From Burkholderiales bacterium (GTDB lineage: Bacteria; Pseudomonadota; Gammaproteobacteria; Burkholderiales; Burkholderiaceae_C), in assembly GCA_021414305.1 (NCBI GenBank), contig JAIOOS010000001.1, forward strand, positions 10,694 to 74,693: 64,000 nt of DNA, written 5' to 3'. The position numbers and the translations under genes are program-made. Each line of letters begins with the position of its first letter. Positions within the stretch are counted from its first letter, which is position 1. The notes beneath the pieces are model-generated. The model searched no databases and had not been told where the DNA came from. It was given only the letters and a program-made list of their open reading frames with translations. This document shows positions 8,686 to 17,172 of the stretch, piece after piece.

Positions 8686-9741
8686 ATGAACCCGAATCAA
8701 ACAAGAATGGTCACCGGTCTCTTCCCCGACCGAGACACGGCGGAACGAGCCTACGGCGACATTTCGTCGCGCGGCTACGGCCGCGACGACCTGCATCTCG
8801 TCATGAGCGACGACACGCGCAAGCGGCATTTCATGGACTCGGATGCCACGCAGACCGAGCTCGGCAGCAAGGCCGCCGAAGGCGCGGGTGTCGGCGCGGG
8901 AATCGGCGGCGCCATCGGCGCGACGTTGGCGGCCATCGCTGCGATCGGCACGTCGGTGGCCATTCCCGGCCTCGGCCTGGTGATTGCCGGCCCGCTCGCT
9001 GCCGGGCTCGCCGGTGCAGGCGCTGGCGGTGCTGCCGGTGGCCTGCTCGGCGCGCTGGTCGGCGCCGGGATTCCCGAGGAGCGGGTGAAGCACTACGAAG
9101 CCGGCATCAAGGACGGCGGCATCCTGATGGGCGTCACGCCCCGCTCGGATGACGACGCGCGCTACTTCGAGAGCCGGTGGCAGGAACATAAGGGCCAGCA
9201 CGTCCTCGGCACCGGCGTCGGCGCAACCGCCGGCGCAGCGACGGGTGCCGCCGTTGGCGCCGTGGGCGGCCCGGTCGGCATGGTGGCGGGTGCCGCCGTT
9301 GGCGCCGTGGCCGGCGGCCTCGCGGGCAAGGGTGCTGCCGAAGTCGTGAATCCCAAGGCGGGCGACGATCGCGGCGATCACAACCTCGCCACGGGCGTGG
9401 GTGCTGGCGGCGGGGCGGTGGCCGGAGCCACCCTCGGCGCGGTAGGCGGCCCGATCGGGATGGCCGCCGGTGGTGTGGTGGGCGCCGTGGCAGGCGGCCT
9501 GGCAGGGCAGGGGACCGCCGAAGTGGCGAACCCGACCCGCCAGGATGATCTCCACGAGCACAACCTCGCAACCGGCGTTGGCGCGGGCAGCGGCGCGCTT
9601 GCAGGCGCAGCGGTGGGAGCCGTTGGCGGACCGGTCGGCATGGCCGCCGGTGCGGCCATCGGCGCCGTCGCTGGCGGTGCTGCGGGCAAGGGCGCAGGCG
9701 GCGTGGTCAATCCGAAGCCCGGCGACAAGTCGCGCGCGTAA
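8686..9741 (+). CDS. General-stress (YflT/17M-like) N-terminal domain fused to glycine-zipper repeats; membrane protein
   Basis: GAGGA RBS; VTGLFPDRDTAERAY N-terminus; GxxxG-rich hydrophobic segments; IPEERVKHYEAGIKDGGILMGV. Confidence 0.75.
   Translation: MNPNQTRMVTGLFPDRDTAERAYGDISSRGYGRDDLHLVMSDDTRKRHFMDSDATQTELGSKAAEGAGVGAGIGGAIGATLAAIAAIGTSVAIPGLGLVIAGPLAAGLAGAGAGGAAGGLLGALVGAGIPEERVKHYEAGIKDGGILMGVTPRSDDDARYFESRWQEHKGQHVLGTGVGATAGAATGAAVGAVGGPVGMVAGAAVGAVAGGLAGKGAAEVVNPKAGDDRGDHNLATGVGAGGGAVAGATLGAVGGPIGMAAGGVVGAVAGGLAGQGTAEVANPTRQDDLHEHNLATGVGAGSGALAGAAVGAVGGPVGMAAGAAIGAVAGGAAGKGAGGVVNPKPGDKSRA
9199..9738 (+). repeat. Three tandem 180-bp (60-aa) glycine-zipper coding repeats
   Basis: Units start at 9199, 9379 and 9559 (H[VN]L[GA]TGVGA...GAVGGP[VI]GM...GAVAGG.AG.G...V.NP). 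Confidence 0.9.
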
Positions 9742-9755
9742 CTTCCTGACCTGAC

Positions 9756-9783
9756 CGAAAGCGGAGGTTCGCCTCCGCTTTCG
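9756..9783. terminator. Perfect hairpin, probable bidirectional terminator between convergent genes
   Basis: CGAAAGCGGAGG-TTCG-CCTCCGCTTTCG: 12-bp perfect stem with a UUCG tetraloop. Confidence 0.85.
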
Positions 9784-9868
9784 CATTTCTGAAGCTCCTT
9801 CGTTTGCCGGCGGCCTGGACGGCTGCTCGCGCGGCGGAGCACCGCGAGCGGCAGGTCCTGGATCGGCT

Positions 9869-10675
9869 TCAGGCGCTGGCCATCAGCGCGTCGTCGAAGA
9901 TCGCGACCGCGCGCGTCCAGCCGGCGGATGCGCCGCGGATCTTGTGCGGGAAGCAACTGACAAAGAAGCCGTCGGCGGGGAGCGACTCGAGGTTGTGGAG
10001 TTTCTCGATGTGGCAGTAGCCGATGTCGCGGCCGGCCTTGTGGCCTTCCCAGATCAGCGACGCGTCCTGCGTCTCGCCGTATTTCTTCGCGGTGTGCACG
10101 AACGGCGCGTCCCAGCTCCAGGCGTCGGTGCCGGTGAGCCGCACGCCGCGCTCCAGCAGGTACATCGTCGCCTCGTAGCCCATGCCCGCGCCGGAGGAAA
10201 CGTAGTCGCCGTGGCCGTAGCGCGAGCCGGCGCGGGTGTTGACCATCACGATCTCGAGCGGCTCGAGCACATGGCCGACGCGCTTCAGCTCGGCCTCGAC
10301 GTCCTCGGCCGTGACGACATAGCCGTCTTCGAAGTGGCGGAAGTCCAGCTTTACGCCCGGCTGGAAGCACCATTCGAGCGGTACCTCGTGGATGGCGATC
10401 GCGCGCTCCTTCTGGCCGAGCGCCTTGTTCATCGTCGAGTGGAAGTGATAGGGCGCGTCGAGGTGGGTGCCGTTGTGGGTGGAGAGCTGCACCAGCTCGA
10501 CGGCCCAGCCTTCGCCGTCGGGCAGGTCTTCCTTCTTCAGTCCGGGAAAGAACGGGGCGATCTGCTCGAAGCTCTGCTCGTGCGTGAAGTACTGGATCTT
10601 CGGCGCGAAGGCCGGCGGATCGGAGAGCACGTCGTTCTCCAGGAAGATCGAGAGGTCGACGAATCGTCGGGCCAT
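9869..10675 (-). CDS. Cyclase family (kynurenine-formamidase-like) metal-dependent hydrolase
   Basis: HNGTHLDAPYH matches the HxGTHxDxPxH signature; GTDAWSWD; HIEKLHNL. Confidence 0.9.
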   Translation of the reverse strand: MARRFVDLSIFLENDVLSDPPAFAPKIQYFTHEQSFEQIAPFFPGLKKEDLPDGEGWAVELVQLSTHNGTHLDAPYHFHSTMNKALGQKERAIAIHEVPLEWCFQPGVKLDFRHFEDGYVVTAEDVEAELKRVGHVLEPLEIVMVNTRAGSRYGHGDYVSSGAGMGYEATMYLLERGVRLTGTDAWSWDAPFVHTAKKYGETQDASLIWEGHKAGRDIGYCHIEKLHNLESLPADGFFVSCFPHKIRGASAGWTRAVAIFDDALMASA

Positions 10676-10711
10676 GAGGGAGTTCCTTTCAGCGATGCGG
10701 CCAGCGCAGTC

Positions 10712-12025
10712 TCAGGGAATCGGGTAGGGCTGCTCGTCGCGCGTGTTCAGCGCGATGTCGCGATAGTGCGCGCGCCAGGCGGGCTCCGGATAGCTTGCCG
10801 GATCGCGCGGCGCCAGGTAGTCGACGATGTCGAAGTGATTCACGTTGTGGCCGAGCACCCCATCGTCGAGCCGCGCCGTGCCGGCGATGTGCGACATGAT
10901 CGAGCGGCAGAGCAGGGCGTAGGCCCACGGCGCGGCACCGATGCCGTCGAGGCCGACGCTGGGGAAGTAGAGGTTGGCGGCATCGAGGCTGCGGAAGATG
11001 CAGCCGCATCGTGCGGCCAGGGCGCCGAGAGTGCGGATCGAGCCGATCGCGGGCGACTCGAAGTACGAGAGGTCGACGGCGTAGCCGGTGCCCCAGAGCA
11101 GCAGATCGGCCTCCACCCGATGACCGTCGGAGAGGACGACCGTGCGACCGTCCAGGCTTTCGACGCTGCCCGGGTGGCGCTCGATGCGCGCGAAATGCTC
11201 CAGCATGCCGGCGCGTCCCGGAATGAGCTGGTCGCGCCGCACGTCGAAGTCGTGGGCGGGCATGATCTCCACGATGCCGAACTTCTCGTAGCGCGAGCGC
11301 ATGTCGGCGCCGATGGCGGCGCTCTGCTCCTCGGCCGTCATGCCGCTGGCCTGCATGCGCGCGAATCCGCGCACGCTGCCGGCGATGTGCTTGGGCTTGC
11401 GCGTGGGCGCGAACCACTTCAGCCCGCGATAGACCCAGACGACGCGGCGCGCCCCGTATAGCAGGCACAGCTCGAGCAGGTCGAAGGCCGAGGCGCCGCC
11501 GCCCACGACGACGACGTCTCGTCCGGTGAGCACGGTCGGGTCGTCGAGCGCGCTCGAGTGAACCTCGCGCACCTGGCTCTGCGAGCGCGCGACCGGCGGA
11601 ATCAGCGGCGTGTTGTGCGCGCCGGTCGCGGCGACGAGATGCCGCGCGCGCACGCGCCCCTGCGGCGTCGCCAGCTCCCAGCCCGAATCGCTGGCGCGGG
11701 CCTGCAGCACGGGCGCATTCAGCCGGATGCCGTCGGCCAGGCTGAACTTGTCTACCCAGGCTTCGATGTTGGCGAGGATGTGCGGCTGCGTCGCGCCGTG
11801 CAGCGGCAAACCGGCCAGAGCCCAGTCGGCCGGGCTGATCTGGATGTCCTGCCACGCAGGCAGGTCTCGCCACAGACCGCCGACACGACCTTGCCTCTCG
11901 AGCACGACCGCATCGAGGCCGGCCCGACGCGCGTACGCCAGGGCCACGACACCCGCCAGGCCGCCGCCGACGATCGCCACGTCGAAGAGCCTGTCGGCGT
12001 CGCCCATGAGCGCTTGATCCGGCAT
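10712..12025 (-). CDS. Flavin-containing monooxygenase-like NAD(P)/FAD oxidoreductase
   Basis: Two Rossmann motifs (VGGGLAG, VGGGASA), GGLW, ATGAHNTP, LWGTGY; start uncertain (12025 or 12007). Confidence 0.75.
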   Translation of the reverse strand: MPDQALMGDADRLFDVAIVGGGLAGVVALAYARRAGLDAVVLERQGRVGGLWRDLPAWQDIQISPADWALAGLPLHGATQPHILANIEAWVDKFSLADGIRLNAPVLQARASDSGWELATPQGRVRARHLVAATGAHNTPLIPPVARSQSQVREVHSSALDDPTVLTGRDVVVVGGGASAFDLLELCLLYGARRVVWVYRGLKWFAPTRKPKHIAGSVRGFARMQASGMTAEEQSAAIGADMRSRYEKFGIVEIMPAHDFDVRRDQLIPGRAGMLEHFARIERHPGSVESLDGRTVVLSDGHRVEADLLLWGTGYAVDLSYFESPAIGSIRTLGALAARCGCIFRSLDAANLYFPSVGLDGIGAAPWAYALLCRSIMSHIAGTARLDDGVLGHNVNHFDIVDYLAPRDPASYPEPAWRAHYRDIALNTRDEQPYPIP

Positions 12026-12123
12026 GGGGCCCGACTCTAGCCGGGCATATTCGCAGGGCATAGCACTTTCGATTTCACGCTCGCTTCGAACGGCTCGCAC
12101 GGCCCGGCGCCAAGCTGCCGGCC

Positions 12124-13263
12124 ATGCAATTCGATCTCCTCGTCGTCGGCGCGAGCTTCGCCGGAATCGCCTGCGCACGCGAGGCCGCACTGGCCGGCCA
12201 ACGCGTCTGCGTCATCGATCGCAAGCCCCATCCGGGCGCGCGCCTGCACACCACCGGACTGCTCGTTCGCGAGGTCGCCGAGATCGGCTGGCTGCAGGCG
12301 ATGCCCGCCGCCTTGACGCGCCCGATTCCCGCGGTGTGCGTCTACGCGCCGTCGATGCGCCACGTTCGGCTCCAGGCCTCCGGCTACCACTTCCTGGCCA
12401 CCGACACGGGAGGCCTGCTGCGATGGATGGTCGAGCAGGCCCGGTGTGTCGGCGTCGTCTTCTGCTGGGGAACGGCGCTGTCTTCGCTGGTGCGAGACGA
12501 AGGCGGCTGGAGCGTGAACCGGTCGTTTCGCGCGCGATACCTCGTCGGCGCCGACGGGCCGCATTCGAAGGTGGCCCGGCTGTGCGGGCTCAGCGCGAAC
12601 CGGGAATTCCTCGCCGGCATCGAGCTCGAGTTCGCCGGCGGCAGGCTGCACGACGCCCAGGCCCTGCATTGCCTCGTCGATCGGCGGCTCGCTCCCGGCT
12701 ACATCGGTTGGGCGTTTCAAGGCGTGGGCATGCTGCAGCTCGGCTTCGCTCGCCGGCACGCGGTGGGCCAGGCCGTGGACGTCGCCGCGTTGCTCGATCG
12801 CCTTGCTCCGCTCATCGGCGAGCGGGCGGCCCGGCCGAGCGGCAGGCGCGGGGGGATGATCCCGTGCGGCGGCGTGCTGCCGCGAGTGTTCGGCGATCGC
12901 GTGCTTCTGGTGGGCGACGCCGCAGGGTTGGTTTCGCCGCTCACCGCGGGAGGGATTCACACCGCGCTTCGCTACGGCAGCATGGCCGGGTCCGCCGCCG
13001 CCGACTGGCTGCGCGGACGCGCGCCGCAGCCGGCCGAAACGCTGCGCGGACGCTATCCGGCGTTCGCGATCAAGCGCGCCCTGCGCTGGGCGTTCGACCG
13101 TTTCCAGTCCGATCGACTGACCGAGTGGGCGATCGGGTCGCGCCTGTCGCGATCGGTGATCGGACGCCTGTACTTCCACAAGCGCAGCGCGGCGAGCGAC
13201 GTGCTGCCCGCTCCGCCGCTCGGGCCTTCGAAGGCGCCCGCCGAAAGAGACCAGGCCGGTTGA
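12124..13263 (+). CDS. FAD-dependent oxidoreductase, geranylgeranyl-reductase/FixC-like family
   Basis: FDLLVVGASFAG, LVGADG, GYIGWAF, GMIPCGG, LLVGDAAGLVSPLTAGGI motifs. Confidence 0.75.
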   Translation: MQFDLLVVGASFAGIACAREAALAGQRVCVIDRKPHPGARLHTTGLLVREVAEIGWLQAMPAALTRPIPAVCVYAPSMRHVRLQASGYHFLATDTGGLLRWMVEQARCVGVVFCWGTALSSLVRDEGGWSVNRSFRARYLVGADGPHSKVARLCGLSANREFLAGIELEFAGGRLHDAQALHCLVDRRLAPGYIGWAFQGVGMLQLGFARRHAVGQAVDVAALLDRLAPLIGERAARPSGRRGGMIPCGGVLPRVFGDRVLLVGDAAGLVSPLTAGGIHTALRYGSMAGSAAADWLRGRAPQPAETLRGRYPAFAIKRALRWAFDRFQSDRLTEWAIGSRLSRSVIGRLYFHKRSAASDVLPAPPLGPSKAPAERDQAG

Positions 13264-13275
13264 CGGCGGGGCGCC

Positions 13276-13995
13276 TTAGTCCCGGCGACCGAAACAGCGC
13301 GCAACCAGCAACGCGAGGATGCCGCCGGCGATCTCGGAAACCACGAACCCCGGAACGCTCGCAGGGGCAATGCCCGCGAACGTGTCGGTGAACATCCGCC
13401 CCAGCGTCGCGGCGGGATTCGCGAACGACGTCGACGCCGTGAACCAGTAGGCCGCGCCGATGTACAGGGCGACCGCTGCTGCGACCCGGCCGGAAGGAAC
13501 ACGAAAAATCACGAGGATCAGGCCGAACGTCGCGACCGCTTCCGCGAGCCATTGGGCCGGGCCCGCTCGCACCTTCGCGGAGAACTGGAGGATCTCCACG
13601 TCGAACATCGCATGGGCGAGCCAGGCGCCGAGCACGGCCCCGGCGAGCTGCGCCGCCACGTAAGGCAGGAGCAAGGACCGGGAGAGATCACCCCGAACCG
13701 TCGACACGAGCGAGACGACCGGATTGAAGTGCGCTCCGCTGATCGGCCCGAACACCTCGATCAGCACGTAGAGCCCGCCCACCGTGGCGGCGGTGTTCGC
13801 GAGCAGGGCGAGAGCCGCGTTGCCGCCAGCGAGGCGCTCGCCCATGATTCCCGAGCCGATCACGACGGTGAGGAGCAGCAGCGTTCCCAGCGCTTCGGCG
13901 AAGACACGGCGCAAGGCATCGGCCGGATCGGCCGTTGCCGCCGCTTCAGCGTTTGCCAATGCCGCGAAGCTCGTGTTGCGTCGCCATGGCATCAA
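13276..13995 (-). CDS. aqpS: MIP/aquaglyceroporin channel of AqpS type (arsenite efflux)
   Basis: SGAHFNPVVS and TASTSFANPAA loops; located at the end of the ars operon; start uncertain (overlaps arsC). Confidence 0.85.
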   Translation of the reverse strand: MMPWRRNTSFAALANAEAAATADPADALRRVFAEALGTLLLLTVVIGSGIMGERLAGGNAALALLANTAATVGGLYVLIEVFGPISGAHFNPVVSLVSTVRGDLSRSLLLPYVAAQLAGAVLGAWLAHAMFDVEILQFSAKVRAGPAQWLAEAVATFGLILVIFRVPSGRVAAAVALYIGAAYWFTASTSFANPAATLGRMFTDTFAGIAPASVPGFVVSEIAGGILALLVARCFGRRD

Positions 13996-14440
13996 GCGTC
14001 GACAGAGGCAAGGCGAGCATCAGGTCGATGCGGCGCTTCAACGTGACGGCGGCATCCCGGAAGGCGAGTCGCACCTCCTCCGGCGTGCCGCTCACGGCCG
14101 CGGGGTCCGGCATGCCCCAGTGCGCTGTCATGGGATGACCCGGCCAGACGGGGCAGACCTCACCGGCGGCGCTGTCGCAGACGGTGAAGATGAAATCCAT
14201 CGACGGTGCGGCGGGCGCGGCGAACTCGTCCCAGTTCTTGCTCCGCGCGCCGGTTGCCGGGATGCCCAGGGAACCGAGCGCATCGAGCGCGCCCGGGTTG
14301 ACGGTGCCGGTCGGGTGGCTGCCGGCCGAGTACGCGCGAAAGCGTCCCCTGCCGGCGTGGTTCAGCAAGGCCTCCGCCAGAATCGACCGCGCCGAGTTGC
14401 CGGTGCAGATGAACAGGACGTTGTAGGGTTTCTCGCTCAT
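13946..14440 (-). CDS. arsC: Arsenate reductase, LMW-PTPase (thioredoxin-coupled) family
   Basis: MSEKPYNVLFICTGNSARSILAE (CX5R), FTVCD, CPVWPG, HWGMPDP. Confidence 0.92.
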   Translation of the reverse strand: MSEKPYNVLFICTGNSARSILAEALLNHAGRGRFRAYSAGSHPTGTVNPGALDALGSLGIPATGARSKNWDEFAAPAAPSMDFIFTVCDSAAGEVCPVWPGHPMTAHWGMPDPAAVSGTPEEVRLAFRDAAVTLKRRIDLMLALPLSTLDAMATQHELRGIGKR

Positions 14441-14448
14441 GCGCCGTC

Positions 14449-14922
14449 TCAGCAGCAGGACGCCTGCTTTGCCGCCGGAGCGGCGGCAGGTCCAGCCGCG
14501 GTCGCCGCGCAGCAGGCGGCTTCGGACCTCGCCTTCGACTTCGGCTCCTCGCTGAACACCGGGATGCTCGCCAGCGTATGGAAGTGCTCCCAAGCGATGC
14601 CCTGCGGGTCGGTGACCCAATGCTTCTCGCTGCGCGCGTAGCAGCAGCTGACGGCGCCCTCGTCGAGAAGCGTCATGTCGGCGGCCCGCGCGCGCGCCTT
14701 CAACTCCGCCAGCTCCTCGTCCGTGTCGGTCTGGATGCCGAGGTGGTCGACGCCGGGCTTTGCGCCCCGCGTGGAGATGGCGAAATTGATGCGCGGATCC
14801 TCGAGCATCCACTTGGCATAGTCGGCCTCGAGCCGCGCCGGCTCGGCGGCGAACATGTTCGAGTAGAACGCGACGCTGGCCTGCAGGTCGTCGACATGGG
14901 CGTGGACGTGAAATCGCTTCAT
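14449..14922 (-). CDS. arsI: ArsI/CadI-family VOC metalloenzyme (putative C-As lyase)
   Basis: MKRFHVH, YAKWMLEDPRINFAIS, HLGIQ, vicinal CCYARSEK, DPQGIAWEHFH; GGAG RBS. Confidence 0.85.
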   Translation of the reverse strand: MKRFHVHAHVDDLQASVAFYSNMFAAEPARLEADYAKWMLEDPRINFAISTRGAKPGVDHLGIQTDTDEELAELKARARAADMTLLDEGAVSCCYARSEKHWVTDPQGIAWEHFHTLASIPVFSEEPKSKARSEAACCAATAAGPAAAPAAKQASCC

Positions 14923-14942
14923 GGTGGTCTCTCCGGTTGGGC

Positions 14943-15266
14943 TCAGCAGCAGGACGCCGCCGACTCTGAAACGGCGCACTGCGCCCCCTGGCAGCAGTTC
15001 TCGGTGAGGTAGCCGAGCACGGCGTTCATGCGCTCGTACGCGGCGCGGTAGATGATGTTGCGGCTGGCTCGCTCCTGCGTGACCAGGCCGGCGTGGCCGA
15101 GCTCCTTCAGGTGGAAGGAGAGGGTGTTGGCGGGTATCGCCAGGCCTTCGGCCATGGTGCCGGGCGTCATGCCGTTCTGGCCAGCCACCACCAGGGCACG
15201 GAATACCTGCAGCCGCACCGGGTGCGCCAGTGCTGCCAGCGACTGGACGATGTCCTCTTGTTCCAT
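14943..15266 (-). CDS. arsR: ArsR/SmtB family As(III)-responsive repressor with C-terminal Cys site
   Basis: LAALAHPVRLQVFRALV, NTLSFHLKEL, LTENCC motif. Confidence 0.92.
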   Translation of the reverse strand: MEQEDIVQSLAALAHPVRLQVFRALVVAGQNGMTPGTMAEGLAIPANTLSFHLKELGHAGLVTQERASRNIIYRAAYERMNAVLGYLTENCCQGAQCAVSESAASCC

Positions 15267-15292
15267 ACTTCGAGAATACCGGAAATATGGAA
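15261..15292. promoter_or_regulatory. Putative ArsR operator (11-10-11 inverted repeat overlapping the arsR start codon)
   Basis: TTCCATACTTC-N10-GAAATATGGAA, 10/11 complementary. Confidence 0.65.
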
Positions 15293-15338
15293 TGTGTGCA
15301 ATCGGCCTTGGCCGGGTGCCTACCTCGAGCCGCGGGAG

Positions 15339-15749
15339 CTAGCCCACGACTTCGGCAGTCTCGCTGGTCCAGCGCTCCTGCGCGAGCCTGTCGGGCCAGG
15401 CGGAGCCGACGTTGAGCAGCGTCATCCAGGTCTCGGCCAGCTTGCCGGCCTCGATTCGATAGAGCTGCATGCCCGCTCGAGTCCGCGTCTCGCCGGTGCC
15501 TGGGTGGGTCCACTTGAGGGTGAAACGAAACCAGGCCCGGTTGTCGGCAAAGGTGTGTTCGTAGACGACGAAGCGGGTGTTCGGCCGTTCGGTCCGGGCG
15601 ATGGCGATCTCCGCGGCGTAGGACTCCGGCGTGACCGTGCGATTGCCCGCTTCGTCGTGCCGCAGGTAGAGCTGTCCGATGCAGCCCGGGATCAGGTCGT
15701 ACTCGCCCTGATGCCAGACGCGCTCCCAGCGGTCGAAGAGATCGATCAC
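15339..15749 (-). CDS. SnoaL/NTF2-like (ester cyclase) small protein
   Basis: GGAGGA RBS 9 nt before the GTG at 15749; WERVWHQGEYDLI...RAWFRFT...GMQLYRIEAGKLAETW NTF2-like pattern. Confidence 0.65.
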   Translation of the reverse strand: MIDLFDRWERVWHQGEYDLIPGCIGQLYLRHDEAGNRTVTPESYAAEIAIARTERPNTRFVVYEHTFADNRAWFRFTLKWTHPGTGETRTRAGMQLYRIEAGKLAETWMTLLNVGSAWPDRLAQERWTSETAEVVG

Positions 15750-15841
15750 GTTCTGAATTCCTCCCGGGGCGAAGCCCGACCCGCCCGGATTCTGCGCCAC
15801 GCAGCGCCCGTCCCGCCGAGCACCTATCCACGCGTGGCCGG

Positions 15842-16783
15842 ATGATGCAAGCTCGGGGCTCCGTGCAGAGCCTACCGATCATCGACATCGCGGAGCTGGG
15901 GTCCGACGACCCGGCGGCCCGCCGCCGCGTGGCGGCACGCGTCGGCACAGCTTGCCGCGAGGTCGGATTCTTCCTGATCACCGGCCACGGCGTCGCGCCG
16001 GCCCTGGTCGCCGACACGTTCGCCGCCAGCGCAGCCTTCTTCGCCCAACCGGCGGAGTTCAAGGCCGCGATGGCGATCGGCAGGCTCGGCAGCAATCGCG
16101 GCTACGTGGGCCCGGGCGTCGAGGCCCTCGACGAGAACGGTGGGCCCGACCGCAAGGAAGCCTTCAACCTGATCTGGACCGACGGGCGCGACCGGCCTGC
16201 CAACGTCTGGCCGGAGCTGCCGGGCTTCCGGGCGGTCGTGCAACGCTATTTCGACGCATTGCTCGAGGTCGGGCGCCGACTGCACCGCGCCTTCGCCATC
16301 GACCTGCGTCTCGACGAGCAGTTCTTCCGCGACAAGCTCGACCGCCCGCAGGCGACCCTGCGGCTGCTGCACTACCCCGCGGCGCCCGCGAATGCGCCGC
16401 CCGGACAGCTTGGCGCCGGCACGCATACCGACTACGGCAACGTGACGCTGCTCGCCACCGATGGCGTGGCCGGCCTGCAGGTGCGGCGGCGCGACGGCAC
16501 CTGGGTCGACGCACCGGCACCGGCGGGCGCCTTCATCTGCAACATCGGCGACTGCCTGATGCGCTGGACCAACGACATCTACGTCTCGACCCCGCACCGC
16601 GTGCTCGAGCCCGCCGCGGAGCGCTATTCGATCGCCATGTTCGTCGACCCCAATCCCGAGGCCATCGTGAGCGCGATCCCGTCCTGCGTGACCGAAGGCG
16701 AGCCGCCCCGTCATGCACCCGTCAGCGCACGCGCGTATCTCGAGCAGCGGTTCGCCTCCACCTACCGGCCGCGTCCGGCCTGA
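15842..16783 (+). CDS. 2-oxoglutarate/Fe(II) dioxygenase, isopenicillin N synthase-like family
   Basis: LPIIDI, GFFLITGHG, HTDYG (HxD), GLQV, STPHRV (distal His), RYS (2OG-binding RxS). Confidence 0.92.
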   Translation: MMQARGSVQSLPIIDIAELGSDDPAARRRVAARVGTACREVGFFLITGHGVAPALVADTFAASAAFFAQPAEFKAAMAIGRLGSNRGYVGPGVEALDENGGPDRKEAFNLIWTDGRDRPANVWPELPGFRAVVQRYFDALLEVGRRLHRAFAIDLRLDEQFFRDKLDRPQATLRLLHYPAAPANAPPGQLGAGTHTDYGNVTLLATDGVAGLQVRRRDGTWVDAPAPAGAFICNIGDCLMRWTNDIYVSTPHRVLEPAAERYSIAMFVDPNPEAIVSAIPSCVTEGEPPRHAPVSARAYLEQRFASTYRPRPA

Positions 16784-16806
16784 AGTCCTGCAAGGAGCGA
16801 GTGAGC

Positions 16807-17160
16807 ATGCAATCCCTGAGCACCTCCATCATCGAGAGCTGGCACGCTCATGTGTACTTCGATGCATCGAGCCGGGAGGCGGCGCGAGCCTTGCGAGAGA
16901 CCATCGAGACGGAGCTGGTCGGTCGAATGGAGATGGGGCGCTTTCACGAGAAGCCGGACGGCCCGCATCCGATGTGGAGCTACCAGTTGGCCTTCCCTGC
17001 GGCCGGCTTCCCTCAGATCGTCGGCTGGCTGGCGCTGAACCACGGCGCCCTCGACGTGTTCATCCATCCGAACACCGGCGACGAGCTGCGCGACCACCGG
17101 GACTGCGCCCTCTGGCTGGGCAAGTCCCACGTTCTCGACCTGGCGGCCCTGGCCGATTGA
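16807..17160 (+). CDS. DOPA 4,5-dioxygenase family protein (short Amanita-like type)
   Basis: WHAHVYF, GPHP, LDVFIHPNTG..LRDH...LWLG motifs; ATG at 16807 after a GGAG RBS. Confidence 0.85.
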   Translation: MQSLSTSIIESWHAHVYFDASSREAARALRETIETELVGRMEMGRFHEKPDGPHPMWSYQLAFPAAGFPQIVGWLALNHGALDVFIHPNTGDELRDHRDCALWLGKSHVLDLAALAD

Positions 17161-17172
17161 AAGGAAGCACCC

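Noticed and set aside
9199-9738. Regular repeats as a possible CRISPR array or VNTR
   Set aside because: They are degenerate in-frame coding repeats with no unique spacers and no cas genes
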